Source: Flectonema sp. DT1601 (taxonomy: Eukaryota). Taken from it: a stretch of 64,000 bases of DNA. The notes beneath the pieces are model-generated. The model did not search any database. It worked only from the letters and a program-made list of their open reading frames with translations, and was not told the origin of the DNA. The translations under genes were made by a program, and so were the position numbers. This document shows, one piece after another, positions 28,101 to 34,276 of this stretch (positions within the stretch are counted from its first letter, which is position 1; each line of letters opens with the position of its first letter). The stretch covers positions 744,001-808,000 of the forward strand of contig OZ025802.1 of assembly GCA_964019425.1 (NCBI GenBank), written 5' to 3'.

Positions 28101-31100
28101 GCTCACACAAGGATGAGGAACCGGAGTCGGCACAAGAGTTGGGTCACTGCAGCAAGTTGCGTCGTCACAGGTCGTTGGTGTGTTTCCTGTGCATGCAATG
28201 GTGTCTGCTCCACCCTTCAAGTATCCGACAGTGCATCCTGCATATGTGCTGCAAGCAGAGTTACATGTGTGTCCGGTGTGAACTCCACTGCATCCAGCAG
28301 TACAAACGTATCCAGTCGCACAGTCACATGCCCATTCGTGGCTTGGCTTCTCAACACAGATACCACCGTTTCCAACGGCATCACAAGAGTGGAGTCCGCT
28401 CACACAAGGATGAGGAACCGGAGTCGGCACAAGAGTTGGGTCACTGCAGCAAGTTGCGTCGTCACAGGTCGTTGGTGTGTTTCCTGTGCATGCAATGGTG
28501 TCTGCTCCACCCTTCAAGTATCCGACAGTGCATCCTGCATATGTGCTGCAAGCAGAGTTACATGTGTGTCCGGTGTGTAATCCACTGCATCCAGCAGTAC
28601 AAACGTATCCAGTCGCACAGTCACATTCCCAAGAGTGAGCTGGCTTCTCAACACAGATACCACCGTTTCCAACGGCATCACAAGCGTGGAGTCCGCTTAC
28701 ACAAGGATGAGGAACTGGAGTCGGCACAAGAGTTGGGTCACTGCAGCAAGTTGCGTCGTCACAGGTCGTTGGTGTGTTTCCTGTGCATGCAATGGTGTCT
28801 GCTCCACCCTTCAAGTATCCGACAGTGCATCCTGCATATGTGCTGCAAGCAGAGTTACATGTGTGTCCGGTGTGTAATCCACTGCATCCAGCAGTACAAA
28901 CGTATCCAGTCGCACAGTCACATTCCCAAGAGTGGGCTGGCTTCTCAACACAGATACCACCGTTTCCAACGGCATCACAAGCGTGGAGTCCGCTCACACA
29001 TGGATGAGGAACCGGAGTCGGCACAAGAGTTGGGTCACTGCAGCAAGTTGCGTCGTCACAGGTCGTTGGTGTGTTTCCTGTGCATGCAATGGTGTCTGCT
29101 CCACCCTTCAAGTATCCGACAGTGCATCCTGCATATGTGCTGCAAGCAGAGTTACATGTGTGTCCGGTGTGAACTCCACTGCATCCAGCAGTACAAACGT
29201 ATCCAGTCGCACAGTCACATGCCCATTCGTGGCTTGGCTTCTCAACACAGATACCACCGTTTCCAACGGCATCACAAGAGTGGAGTCCGCTCACACAAGG
29301 ATGAGGAACCGGAGTCGGCACAAGAGTTGGGTCACTGCAGCAAGTTGCGTCGTCACAGGTCGTTGGTGTGTTTCCTGTGCATGCAATGGTGTCTGCTCCA
29401 CCCTTCAAGTATCCGACAGTGCATCCTGCATATGTGCTGCAAGCAGAGTTACATGTGTGTCCGGTGTGAACTCCACTGCATCCAGCAGTACAAACGTATC
29501 CAGTCGCACAGTCACATGCCCATTCGTGGCTTGGCTTCTCAACACAGATACCACCGTTTCCAACGGCATCACAAGAGTGGAGTCCGCTCACACAAGGATG
29601 AGGAACCGGAGTCGGCACAAGAGTTGGGTCACTGCAGCAAGTTGCGTCGTCACAGGTCGTTGGTGTGTTTCCTGTGCATGCAATGGTGTCTGCTCCACCC
29701 TTCAAGTATCCGACAGTGCATCCTGCATATGTGCTGCAAGCAGAGTTACATGTGTGTCCGGTGTGTAATCCACTGCATCCAGCAGTACAAACGTATCCAG
29801 TCGCACAGTCACATTCCCAAGAGTGAGCTGGCTTCTCAACACAGATACCACCGTTTCCAACGGCATCACAAGCGTGGAGTCCGCTTACACAAGGATGAGG
29901 AACTGGAGTCGGCACAAGAGTTGGGTCACTGCAGCAAGTTGCGTCGTCACAGGTCGTTGGTGTGTTTCCTGTGCATGCAATGGTGTCTGCTCCACCCTTC
30001 AAGTATCCGACAGTGCATCCTGCATATGTGCTGCAAGCAGAGTTACATGTGTGTCCGGTGTGTAATCCACTGCATCCAGCAGTACAAACGTATCCAGTCG
30101 CACAGTCACATTCCCAAGAGTGGGCTGGCTTCTCAACACAGATACCACCGTTTCCAACGGCATCACAAGCGTGGAGTCCGCTCACACATGGATGAGGAAC
30201 CGGAGTCGGCACAAGAGTTGGGTCACTGCAGCAAGTTGCGTCGTCACAGGTCGTTGGTGTGTTTCCTGTGCATGCAATGGTGTCTGCTCCACCCTTCAAG
30301 TATCCGACAGTGCATCCTGCATATGTGCTGCAAGCAGAGTTACATGTGTGTCCGGTGTGAACTCCACTGCATCCAGCAGTACAAACGTATCCAGTCGCAC
30401 AGTCACATGCCCATTCGTGGCTTGGCTTCTCAACACAGATACCACCGTTTCCAACGGCATCACAAGAGTGGAGTCCGCTCACACAAGGATGAGGAACCGG
30501 AGTCGGCACAAGAGTTGGGTCACTGCAGCAAGTTGCGTCGTCACAGGTCGTTGGTGTGTTTCCTGTGCATGCAATGGTGTCTGCTCCACCCTTCAAGTAT
30601 CCGACAGTGCATCCTGCATATGTGCTGCAAGCAGAGTTACATGTGTGTCCGGTGTGAACTCCACTGCATCCAGCAGTACAAACGTATCCAGTCGCACAGT
30701 CACATGCCCATTCGTGGCTTGGCTTCTCAACACAGATACCACCGTTTCCAACGGCATCACAAGAGTGGAGTCCGCTCACACAAGGATGAGGAACCGGAGT
30801 CGGCACAAGAGTTGGGTCACTGCAGCAAGTTGCGTCGTCACAGGTCGTTGGTGTGTTTCCTGTGCATGCAATGGTGTCTGCTCCACCCTTCAAGTATCCG
30901 ACAGTGCATCCTGCATATGTGCTGCAAGCAGAGTTACATGTATGTCCGGTGTGAACTCCACTGCATCCAGCAGTACAAACGTATCCAGTCGCACAGTCAC
31001 ATGCCCATTCGTGGCTTGGCTTCTCAACACAGATACCACCGTTTCCAACGGCATCACAAGAGTGGAGTCCGCTCACACAAGGATGAGGAACTGGAGTCGG

Positions 31101-33965
31101 CACAAGAGTTGGGTCACTGCAGCAAGTTGCGTCGTCACAGGTCGTTGGTGTGTTTCCTGTGCATGCAATGGTGTCTGCTCCACCCTTCAAGTATCCGACA
31201 GTGCATCCTGCATATGTGCTGCAAGCAGAGTTACATGTGTGTCCGGTGTGAACTCCACTGCATCCAGCAGTACAAACGTATCCAGTCGCACAGTCACATG
31301 CCCATTCGTGGCTTGGCTTCTCAACACAGATACCACCGTTTCCAACGGCATCACAAGAGTGGAGTCCGCTCACACAAGGATGAGGAACCGGAGTCGGCAC
31401 AAGAGTTGGGTCACTGCAGCAAGTTGCGTCGTCACAGGTCGTTGGTGTGTTTCCTGTGCATGCAATGGTGTCTGCTCCACCCTTCAAGTATCCGACAGTG
31501 CATCCTGCATATGTGCTGCAAGCAGAGTTACATGTGTGTCCGGTGTGAACTCCACTGCATCCAGCAGTACAAACGTATCCAGTCGCACAGTCACATGCCC
31601 ATTCGTGGCTTGGCTTCTCAACACAGATACCACCGTTTCCAACGGCATCACAAGAGTGGAGTCCGCTCACACAAGGATGAGGAACCGGAGTCGGCACAAG
31701 AGTTGGGTCACTGCAGCAAGTTGCGTCGTCACAGGTCGTTGGTGTGTTTCCTGTGCATGCAATGGTGTCTGCTCCACCCTTCAAGTATCCGACAGTGCAT
31801 CCTGCATATGTGCTGCAAGCAGAGTTACATGTGTGTCCGGTGTGAACTCCACTGCATCCAGCAGTACAAACGTATCCAGTCGCACAGTCACATGCCCATT
31901 CGTGGCTTGGCTTCTCAACACAGATACCACCGTTTCCAACGGCATCACAAGAGTGGAGTCCGCTCACACAAGGATGAGGAACCGGAGTCGGCACAAGAGT
32001 TGGGTCACTGCAGCAAGTTGCGTCGTCACAGGACGTTGGTGTGTTTCCTGTGCATGCAATGGTGTCTGCTCCACCCTTCAAGTATCCGACAGTGCATCCT
32101 GCATATGTGCTGCAAGCAGAGTTACATGTGTGTCCGGTGTGTAATCCACTGCATCCAGCAGTACAAACGTATCCAGTCGCACAGTCACATTCCCAAGAGT
32201 GAGCTGGCTTCTCAACACAGATACCACCGTTTCCAACGGCATCACAAGCGTGGAGTCCGCTTACACAAGGATGAGGAACTGGAGTCGGCACAAGAGTTGG
32301 GTCACTGCAGCAAGTTGCGTCGTCACAGGTCGTTGGTGTGTTTCCTGTGCATGCAATGGTGTCTGCTCCACCCTTCAAGTATCCGACAGTGCATCCTGCA
32401 TATGTGCTGCAAGCAGAGTTACATGTGTGTCCGGTGTGTAATCCACTGCATCCAGCAGTACAAACGTATCCAGTCGCACAGTCACATTCCCAAGAGTGGG
32501 CTGGCTTCTCAACACAGATACCACCGTTTCCAACGGCATCACAAGCGTGGAGTCCGCTCACACATGGATGAGGAACCGGAGTCGGCACAAGAGTTGGGTC
32601 ACTGCAGCAAGTTGCGTCGTCACAGGTCGTTGGTGTGTTTCCTGTGCATGCAATGGTGTCTGCTCCACCCTTCAAGTATCCGACAGTGCATCCTGCATAT
32701 GTGCTGCAAGCAGAGTTACATGTGTGTCCGGTGTGTAATCCACTGCATCCAGCAGTACAAACGTATCCAGTCGCACAGTCACATTCCCAAGAGTGAGCTG
32801 GCTTCTCAACACAGATACCACCGTTTCCAACGGCATCACAAGCGTGGAGTCCGCTTACACAAGGATGAGGAACTGGAGTCGGCACAAGAGTTGGGTCACT
32901 GCAGCAAGTTGCGTCGTCACAGGTCGTTGGTGTGTTTCCTGTGCATGCAATGGTGTCTGCTCCACCCTTCAAGTATCCGACAGTGCATCCTGCATATGTG
33001 CTGCAAGCAGAGTTACATGTGTGTCCGGTGTGAACTCCACTGCATCCAGCAGTACAAACGTATCCAGTCGCACAGTCACATTCCCAAGAGTGGGCTGGCT
33101 TCTCAACACAGATACCACCGTTTCCAACATCGTCACAGGAGTTAAGACCGCTCGCACAAGGATGTGGAACAGGAGTAGGCACAGCAGTAACATCATAAAT
33201 ATGAACATTATGACAAGGAAGGTCATTGTGAAAGTGTTGCGCAGCACTATCTGAGGTCTCGTAACAGATTCTGTAATCACCTGGAGTGTTACAGTTAAAG
33301 TTTAGATTCTTAATACCAGTATAATGACGCCAAGAAGTACCTGGTGTTCCACAATATCCGGGACCTGTTACTTTAGTTTTAAGTCGAAGAGTGTAAGGAT
33401 TAGTACTACGACGTGGTCGAGCTCCTGATGGAATATCGACTTTGGATATGAAGTTTGTGTTTACGAGTGCCTTAGTTGGAGGAGGTACGTTTATGTTAAT
33501 TCGAAGTTTGCATTGTTTCCATTTACCGTCGTTGTGTTCAGTTGTTGTCCAGCCTCGTGGGTTACCACTTTTGTAATTATATCCAGTACATCCCCAATCC
33601 ATCCATAAGGAGACACGTTGATCACATTTGCTGTTTCTATTTTTGTAATTAAGACCCCAATTGTTAGGAATCCAAGGACAGTCATTGATGTCATAATTAT
33701 AATAACAATTACGACAATCTTTTTGTGTCTCAACAACTCTGTAATTGAAGCCACAACCTGTGACTTCAATTCTATATTTGTGATCGTAACCCCAACACCA
33801 ATCGTCTGAACGATAGGCTAACCTACCTTTGAATGATCTGGTTCTCGGTCCTGGCCTAAAAGTCCACCAGTTTCCATCTTTTATCCATCTCGTACCACCA
33901 GTTATATCCCATCCGCCAACAACATTATACAACACAAGAAAGATAACTGTTTGAAGTATTTTCAT
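10176..33965 (-). CDS. Giant type I membrane surface protein, 7929 aa, with ~72 EGF-like/Cys-rich tandem repeats
   Basis: Signal peptide MKILQTVIFLVLYNVVGG, then a unique Trp/Cys-rich head of ~250 aa and 99-aa repeats with 14 Cys. These are followed by a Ser/Thr/Pro stalk, a single TM helix WWILVVAGVLLLGLLLLLCFLC with KRRKR after it, and a Ser-rich cytoplasmic tail. Uninterrupted ORF. Confidence 0.92.
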   Translation of the reverse strand: MKILQTVIFLVLYNVVGGWDITGGTRWIKDGNWWTFRPGPRTRSFKGRLAYRSDDWCWGYDHKYRIEVTGCGFNYRVVETQKDCRNCYYNYDINDCPWIPNNWGLNYKNRNSKCDQRVSLWMDWGCTGYNYKSGNPRGWTTTEHNDGKWKQCKLRININVPPPTKALVNTNFISKVDIPSGARPRRSTNPYTLRLKTKVTGPGYCGTPGTSWRHYTGIKNLNFNCNTPGDYRICYETSDSAAQHFHNDLPCHNVHIYDVTAVPTPVPHPCASGLNSCDDVGNGGICVEKPAHSWECDCATGYVCTAGCSGVHTGHTCNSACSTYAGCTVGYLKGGADTIACTGNTPTTCDDATCCSDPTLVPTPVPHPCVSGLHACDAVGNGGICVEKPAHSWECDCATGYVCTAGCSGLHTGHTCNSACSTYAGCTVGYLKGGADTIACTGNTPTTCDDATCCSDPTLVPTPVPHPCVSGLHACDAVGNGGICVEKPAHSWECDCATGYVCTAGCSGLHTGHTCNSACSTYAGCTVGYLKGGADTIACTGNTPTTCDDATCCSDPTLVPTPVPHPCVSGLHACDAVGNGGICVEKPAHSWECDCATGYVCTAGCSGLHTGHTCNSACSTYAGCTVGYLKGGADTIACTGNTPTSCDDATCCSDPTLVPTPVPHPCVSGLHSCDAVGNGGICVEKPSHEWACDCATGYVCTAGCSGVHTGHTCNSACSTYAGCTVGYLKGGADTIACTGNTPTTCDDATCCSDPTLVPTPVPHPCVSGLHSCDAVGNGGICVEKPSHEWACDCATGYVCTAGCSGVHTGHTCNSACSTYAGCTVGYLKGGADTIACTGNTPTTCDDATCCSDPTLVPTPVPHPCVSGLHSCDAVGNGGICVEKPSHEWACDCATGYVCTAGCSGVHTGHTCNSACSTYAGCTVGYLKGGADTIACTGNTPTTCDDATCCSDPTLVPTPVPHPCVSGLHSCDAVGNGGICVEKPSHEWACDCATGYVCTAGCSGVHTGHTCNSACSTYAGCTVGYLKGGADTIACTGNTPTTCDDATCCSDPTLVPTPVPHPCVSGLHSCDAVGNGGICVEKPSHEWACDCATGYVCTAGCSGVHTGHTCNSACSTYAGCTVGYLKGGADTIACTGNTPTTCDDATCCSDPTLVPTPVPHPCVSGLHSCDAVGNGGICVEKPSHEWACDCATGYVCTAGCSGVHTGHTCNSACSTYAGCTVGYLKGGADTIACTGNTPTTCDDATCCSDPTLVPTPVPHPCVSGLHACDAVGNGGICVEKPAHSWECDCATGYVCTAGCSGLHTGHTCNSACSTYAGCTVGYLKGGADTIACTGNTPTTCDDATCCSDPTLVPTPVPHPCVSGLHACDAVGNGGICVEKPAHSWECDCATGYVCTAGCSGLHTGHTCNSACSTYAGCTVGYLKGGADTIACTGNTPTTCDDATCCSDPTLVPTPVPHPCVSGLHSCDAVGNGGICVEKPSHEWACDCATGYVCTAGCSGVHTGHTCNSACSTYAGCTVGYLKGGADTIACTGNTPTTCDDATCCSDPTLVPTPVPHPCVSGLHSCDAVGNGGICVEKPSHEWACDCATGYVCTAGCSGVHTGHTCNSACSTYAGCTVGYLKGGADTIACTGNTPTTCDDATCCSDPTLVPTPVPHPCVSGLHACDAVGNGGICVEKPAHSWECDCATGYVCTAGCSGLHTGHTCNSACSTYAGCTVGYLKGGADTIACTGNTPTTCDDATCCSDPTLVPTPVPHPCVSGLHACDAVGNGGICVEKPAHSWECDCATGYVCTAGCSGLHTGHTCNSACSTYAGCTVGYLKGGADTIACTGNTPTTCDDATCCSDPTLVPTPVPHPCVSGLHSCDAVGNGGICVEKPSHEWACDCATGYVCTAGCSGVHTGHTCNSACSTYAGCTVGYLKGGADTIACTGNTPTTCDDATCCSDPTLVPTPVPHPCVSGLHSCDAVGNGGICVEKPSHEWACDCATGYVCTAGCSGVHTGHTCNSACSTYAGCTVGYLKGGADTIACTGNTPTTCDDATCCSDPTLVPTPVPHPCVSGLHSCDAVGNGGICVEKPSHEWACDCATGYVCTAGCSGVHTGHTCNSACSTYAGCTVGYLKGGADTIACTGNTPTSCDDATCCSDPTLVPTPVPHPCVSGLHSCDAVGNGGICVEKPSHEWACDCATGYVCTAGCSGVHTGHTCNSACSTYAGCTVGYLKGGADTIACTGNTPTTCDDATCCSDPTLVPTPVPHPCVSGLHSCDAVGNGGICVEKPSHEWACDCATGYVCTAGCSGVHTGHTCNSACSTYAGCTVGYLKGGADTIACTGNTPTTCDDATCCSDPTLVPTPVPHPCVSGLHSCDAVGNGGICVEKPSHEWACDCATGYVCTAGCSGVHTGHTCNSACSTYAGCTVGYLKGGADTIACTGNTPTSCDDATCCSDPTLVPTPVPHPCVSGLHSCDAVGNGGICVEKPSHEWACDCATGYVCTAGCSGVHTGHTCNSACSTYAGCTVGYLKGGADTIACTGNTPTTCDDATCCSDPTLVPTPVPHPCVSGLHSCDAVGNGGICVEKPSHEWACDCATGYVCTAGCSGVHTGHTCNSACSTYAGCTVGYLKGGADTIACTGNTPTTCDDATCCSDPTLVPTPVPHPCVSGLHSCDAVGNGGICVEKPSHEWACDCATGYVCTAGCSGVHTGHTCNSACSTYAGCTVGYLKGGADTIACTGNTPTTCDDATCCSDPTLVPTPVPHPCVSGLHSCDAVGNGGICVEKPSHEWACDCATGYVCTAGCSGVHTGHTCNSACSTYAGCTVGYLKGGADTIACTGNTPTTCDDATCCSDPTLVPTPVPHPCVSGLHSCDAVGNGGICVEKPSHEWACDCATGYVCTAGCSGVHTGHTCNSACSTYAGCTVGYLKGGADTIACTGNTPTTCDDATCCSDPTLVPTPVPHPCVSGLHSCDAVGNGGICVEKPSHEWACDCATGYVCTAGCSGVHTGHTCNSACSTYAGCTVGYLKGGADTIACTGNTPTTCDDATCCSDPTLVPTPVPHPCVSGLHSCDAVGNGGICVEKPSHEWACDCATGYVCTAGCSGVHTGHTCNSACSTYAGCTVGYLKGGADTIACTGNTPTTCDDATCCSDPTLVPTPVPHPCVSGLHSCDAVGNGGICVEKPSHEWACDCATGYVCTAGCSGVHTGHTCNSACSTYAGCTVGYLKGGADTIACTGNTPTTCDDATCCSDPTLVPTPVPHPCVSGLHSCDAVGNGGICVEKPSHEWACDCATGYVCTAGCSGVHTGHTCNSACSTYAGCTVGYLKGGADTIACTGNTPTTCDDATCCSDPTLVPTPVPHPCVSGLHSCDAVGNGGICVEKPSHEWACDCATGYVCTAGCSGVHTGHTCNSACSTYAGCTVGYLKGGADTIACTGNTPTTCDDATCCSDPTLVPTPVPHPCVSGLHSCDAVGNGGICVEKPSHEWACDCATGYVCTAGCSGVHTGHTCNSACSTYAGCTVGYLKGGADTIACTGNTPTTCDDATCCSDPTLVPTPVPHPCVSGLHSCDAVGNGGICVEKPSHEWACDCATGYVCTAGCSGVHTGHTCNSACSTYAGCTVGYLKGGADTIACTGNTPTTCDDATCCSDPTLVPTPVPHPCVSGLHSCDAVGNGGICVEKPSHEWACDCATGYVCTAGCSGVHTGHTCNSACSTYAGCTVGYLKGGADTIACTGNTPTTCDDATCCSDPTLVPTPVPHPCVSGLHSCDAVGNGGICVEKPSHEWACDCATGYVCTAGCSGVHTGHTCNSACSTYAGCTVGYLKGGADTIACTGNTPTTCDDATCCSDPTLVPTPVPHPCVSGLHSCDAVGNGGICVEKPSHEWACDCATGYVCTAGCSGVHTGHTCNSACSTYAGCTVGYLKGGADTIACTGNTPTSCDDATCCSDPTLVPTPVPHPCVSGLHSCDAVGNGGICVEKPSHEWACDCATGYVCTAGCSGVHTGHTCNSACSTYAGCTVGYLKGGADTIACTGNTPTTCDDATCCSDPTLVPTPVPHPCVSGLHSCDAVGNGGICVEKPSHEWACDCATGYVCTAGCSGVHTGHTCNSACSTYAGCTVGYLKGGADTIACTGNTPTTCDDATCCSDPTLVPTPVPHPCVSGLHSCDAVGNGGICVEKPSHEWACDCATGYVCTAGCSGVHTGHTCNSACSTYAGCTVGYLKGGADTIACTGNTPTTCDDATCCSDPTLVPTPVPHPCVSGLHSCDAVGNGGICVEKPSHEWACDCATGYVCTAGCSGVHTGHTCNSACSTYAGCTVGYLKGGADTIACTGNTPTTCDDATCCSDPTLVPTPVPHPCVSGLHSCDAVGNGGICVEKPSHEWACDCATGYVCTAGCSGVHTGHTCNSACSTYAGCTVGYLKGGADTIACTGNTPTTCDDATCCSDPTLVPTPVPHPCVSGLHSCDAVGNGGICVEKPSHEWACDCATGYVCTAGCSGVHTGHTCNSACSTYAGCTVGYLKGGADTIACTGNTPTTCDDATCCSDPTLVPTPVPHPCVSGLHSCDAVGNGGICVEKLSHEWACDCATGYVCTAGCSGVHTGHTCNSACSTYAGCTVGYLKGGADTIACTGNTPTTCDDATCCSDPTLVPTPVPHPCVSGLHSCDAVGNGGICVEKPSHEWACDCATGYVCTAGCSGVHTGHTCNSACSTYAGCTVGYLKGGADTIACTGNTPTTCDDATCCSDPTLVPTPVPHPCVSGLHSCDAVGNGGICVEKLSHEWACDCATGYVCTAGCSGVHTGHTCNSACSTYAGCTVGYLKGGADTIACTGNTPTTCDDATCCSDPTLVPTPVPHPCVSGLHSCDAVGNGGICVEKPSHEWACDCATGYVCTAGCSGVHTGHTCNSACSTYAGCTVGYLKGGADTIACTGNTPTTCDDATCCSDPTLVPTPVPHPCVSGLHSCDAVGNGGICVEKPSHEWACDCATGYVCTAGCSGVHTGHTCNSACSTYAGCTVGYLKGGADTIACTGNTPTTCDDATCCSDPTLVPTPVPHPCVSGLHSCDAVGNGGICVEKPSHEWACDCATGYVCTAGCSGVHTGHTCNSACSTYAGCTVGYLKGGADTIACTGNTPTTCDDATCCSDPTLVPTPVPHPCVSGLHSCDAVGNGGICVEKPSHEWACDCATGYVCTAGCSGVHTGHTCNSACSTYAGCTVGYLKGGADTIACTGNTPTTCDDATCCSDPTLVPTPVPHPCVSGLHSCDAVGNGGICVEKPSHEWACDCATGYVCTAGCSGVHTGHTCNSACSTYAGCTVGYLKGGADTIACTGNTPTTCDDATCCSDPTLVPTPVPHPCVSGLHSCDAVGNGGICVEKPSHEWACDCATGYVCTAGCSGVHTGHTCNSACSTYAGCTVGYLKGGADTIACTGNTPTTCDDATCCSDPTLVPTPVPHPCVSGLHSCDAVGNGGICVEKPSHEWACDCATGYVCTAGCSGVHTGHTCNSACSTYAGCTVGYLKGGADTIACTGNTPTTCDDATCCSDPTLVPTPVPHPCVSGLHSCDAVGNGGICVEKPSHEWACDCATGYVCTAGCSGVHTGHTCNSACSTYAGCTVGYLKGGADTIACTGNTPTTCDDATCCSDPTLVPTPVPHPCVSGLHSCDAVGNGGICVEKPSHEWACDCATGYVCTAGCSGVHTGHTCNSACSTYAGCTVGYLKGGADTIACTGNTPTTCDDATCCSDPTLVPTPVPHPCVSGLHSCDAVGNGGICVEKPSHEWACDCATGYVCTAGCSGVHTGHTCNSACSTYAGCTVGYLKGGADTIACTGNTPTTCDDATCCSDPTLVPTPVPHPCVSGLHSCDAVGNGGICVEKPSHEWACDCATGYVCTAGCSGVHTGHTCNSACSTYAGCTVGYLKGGADTIACTGNTPTTCDDATCCSDPTLVPTPVPHPCVSGLHSCDAVGNGGICVEKPSHEWACDCATGYVCTAGCSGVHTGHTCNSACSTYAGCTVGYLKGGADTIACTGNTPTTCDDATCCSDPTLVPTPVPHPCVSGLHSCDAVGNGGICVEKPSHEWACDCATGYVCTAGCSGVHTGHTCNSACSTYAGCTVGYLKGGADTIACTGNTPTTCDDATCCSDPTLVPTPVPHPCVSGLHSCDAVGNGGICVEKPSHEWACDCATGYVCTAGCSGVHTGHTCNSACSTYAGCTVGYLKGGADTIACTGNTPTTCDDATCCSDPTLVPTPVPHPCVSGLHSCDAVGNGGICVEKPSHEWACDCATGYVCTAGCSGVHTGHTCNSACSTYAGCTVGYLKGGADTIACTGNTPTTCDDATCCSDPTLVPTPVPHPCVSGLHSCDAVGNGGICVEKPSHEWACDCATGYVCTAGCSGVHTGHTCNSACSTYAGCTVGYLKGGADTIACTGNTPTTCDDATCCSDPTLVPTPVPHPCVSGLHSCDAVGNGGICVEKPSHEWACDCATGYVCTAGCSGVHTGHTCNSACSTYAGCTVGYLKGGADTIACTGNTPTTCDDATCCSDPTLVPTPVPHPCVSGLHSCDAVGNGGICVEKPSHEWACDCATGYVCTAGCSGVHTGHTCNSACSTYAGCTVGYLKGGADTIACTGNTPTTCDDATCCSDPTLVPTPVPHPCVSGLHSCDAVGNGGICVEKPSHEWACDCATGYVCTAGCSGVHTGHTCNSACSTYAGCTVGYLKGGADTIACTGNTPTTCDDATCCSDPTLVPTPVPHPCVSGLHSCDAVGNGGICVEKPSHEWACDCATGYVCTAGCSGVHTGHTCNSACSTYAGCTVGYLKGGADTIACTGNTPTTCDDATCCSDPTLVPTPVPHPCVSGLHSCDAVGNGGICVEKPSHEWACDCATGYVCTAGCSGVHTGHTCNSACSTYAGCTVGYLKGGADTIACTGNTPTTCDDATCCSDPTLVPTPVPHPCVSGLHSCDAVGNGGICVEKPSHEWACDCATGYVCTAGCSGVHTGHTCNSACSTYAGCTVGYLKGGADTIACTGNTPTSCDDATCCSDPTLVPTPVPHPCVSGLHSCDAVGNGGICVEKPSHEWACDCATGYVCTAGCSGVHTGHTCNSACSTYAGCTVGYLKGGADTIACTGNTPTTCDDATCCSDPTLVPTPVPHPCVSGLHSCDAVGNGGICVEKPSHEWACDCATGYVCTAGCSGVHTGHTCNSACSTYAGCTVGYLKGGADTIACTGNTPTTCDDATCCSDPTLVPTPVPHPCVSGLHSCDAVGNGGICVEKPSHEWACDCATGYVCTAGCSGVHTGHTCNSACSTYAGCTVGYLKGGADTIACTGNTPTTCDDATCCSDPTLVPTPVPHPCVSGLHSCDAVGNGGICVEKPSHEWACDCATGYVCTAGCSGVHTGHTCNSACSTYAGCTVGYLKGGADTIACTGNTPTTCDDATCCSDPTLVPTPVPHPCVSGLHSCDAVGNGGICVEKPSHEWACDCATGYVCSSGCSNKKVAHKCSVSCSNFVCSVGYLKKLSDVIECDSSGCDELTCCSDVTDVPETDVPTAEPTLVPLPVFVIPTSTPVVIPLPPAPISTVTPVATTEVPSATFAPGGVGTLSPGTPVPTDPKSVSLSPSVSGTVSPRTALPVAETLIPGAVRSLSPSAETLQPAVVGSLSPSVDTFTPSGLATLSPNSSNSGNSSVQSAAGVEEKDDGFDWWILVVAGVLLLGLLLLLCFLCTKRRKRSNFHSGEIERCETLHLEEEEKTLLGHHLMNEDAKYTNLDEDIPDDNKVKSDAGLADLYEATSPSGSNKMNSNAINSVETSPVIGSPGAASSNNRSSLGNKSSISFGDEPLSISSPVRRGPRSPFSPLRTKSFGRWVADADEPNQGIDFKNDQSKSSLLTPDVSIQSTDVNEWIPDADQPTQGNDDASDPLDKSSSTLGSLHAKMNSLLGPATNSSLPRASTSGSISKLMTPGSAAALTRLRTRNDMRRKDLTLSRRDY
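11670..33183. repeat. Coding tandem array, 297-bp unit, ~72 copies
   Basis: Strict 297-bp periodicity over ~21.5 kb. Units differ only by a few recurrent substitutions. Confidence 0.97.
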
Positions 33966-34003
33966 GGGTGTTGTTTCGTTTTATTTTGGTTGCCGTTTTT
34001 TTT

Positions 34004-34043
34004 GCTACACAGTGTACCTTAGGTGTAGGGTACACAGTATAGC
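34004..34043 (-). promoter_or_regulatory. Predicted 5'UTR stem-loop of the giant surface-protein mRNA
   Basis: Minus strand GCTATAC-T-GTGTACC-(10 nt)-GGTACAC-T-GTGTAGC forms two 7-bp stems (one G.U) just downstream of a pyrimidine-rich AG. Confidence 0.45.
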
Positions 34044-34276
34044 TTTAACTGTGAGAAAAGAAGAAGACATCAAAAGTATGAATTAGAAGAATAGGTTTGT
34101 TATGCCGCACCATTTTTCGTTGATCTAATTCCAACATGTGACCTGAAGAAAGGAAATATAAAGTGAGGAATGGAATTGTTGCTGAAAAACTCCACTTTTT
34201 TTTTTTTTTTTTTTTTTTTCTTACTGTTTTGAAAAACTACTCAGTAACTTGACAACTGTCGAGTCATAAAAGACGT

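Noticed and set aside
11444..33145. Giant + strand ORFs (7233, 2698 and 2736 aa) antisense to the repeat protein
   Set aside because: One stop-free 297-bp unit stays open when repeated. These ORFs stop at or near the array edges, one frame is broken by unit variants, and they lack targeting signals.
11670..33183. CRISPR-like or satellite interpretation of the array
   Set aside because: No unique spacers and no cas genes. The unit is a multiple of 3 and in frame within a protein that has a signal peptide and TM helix.
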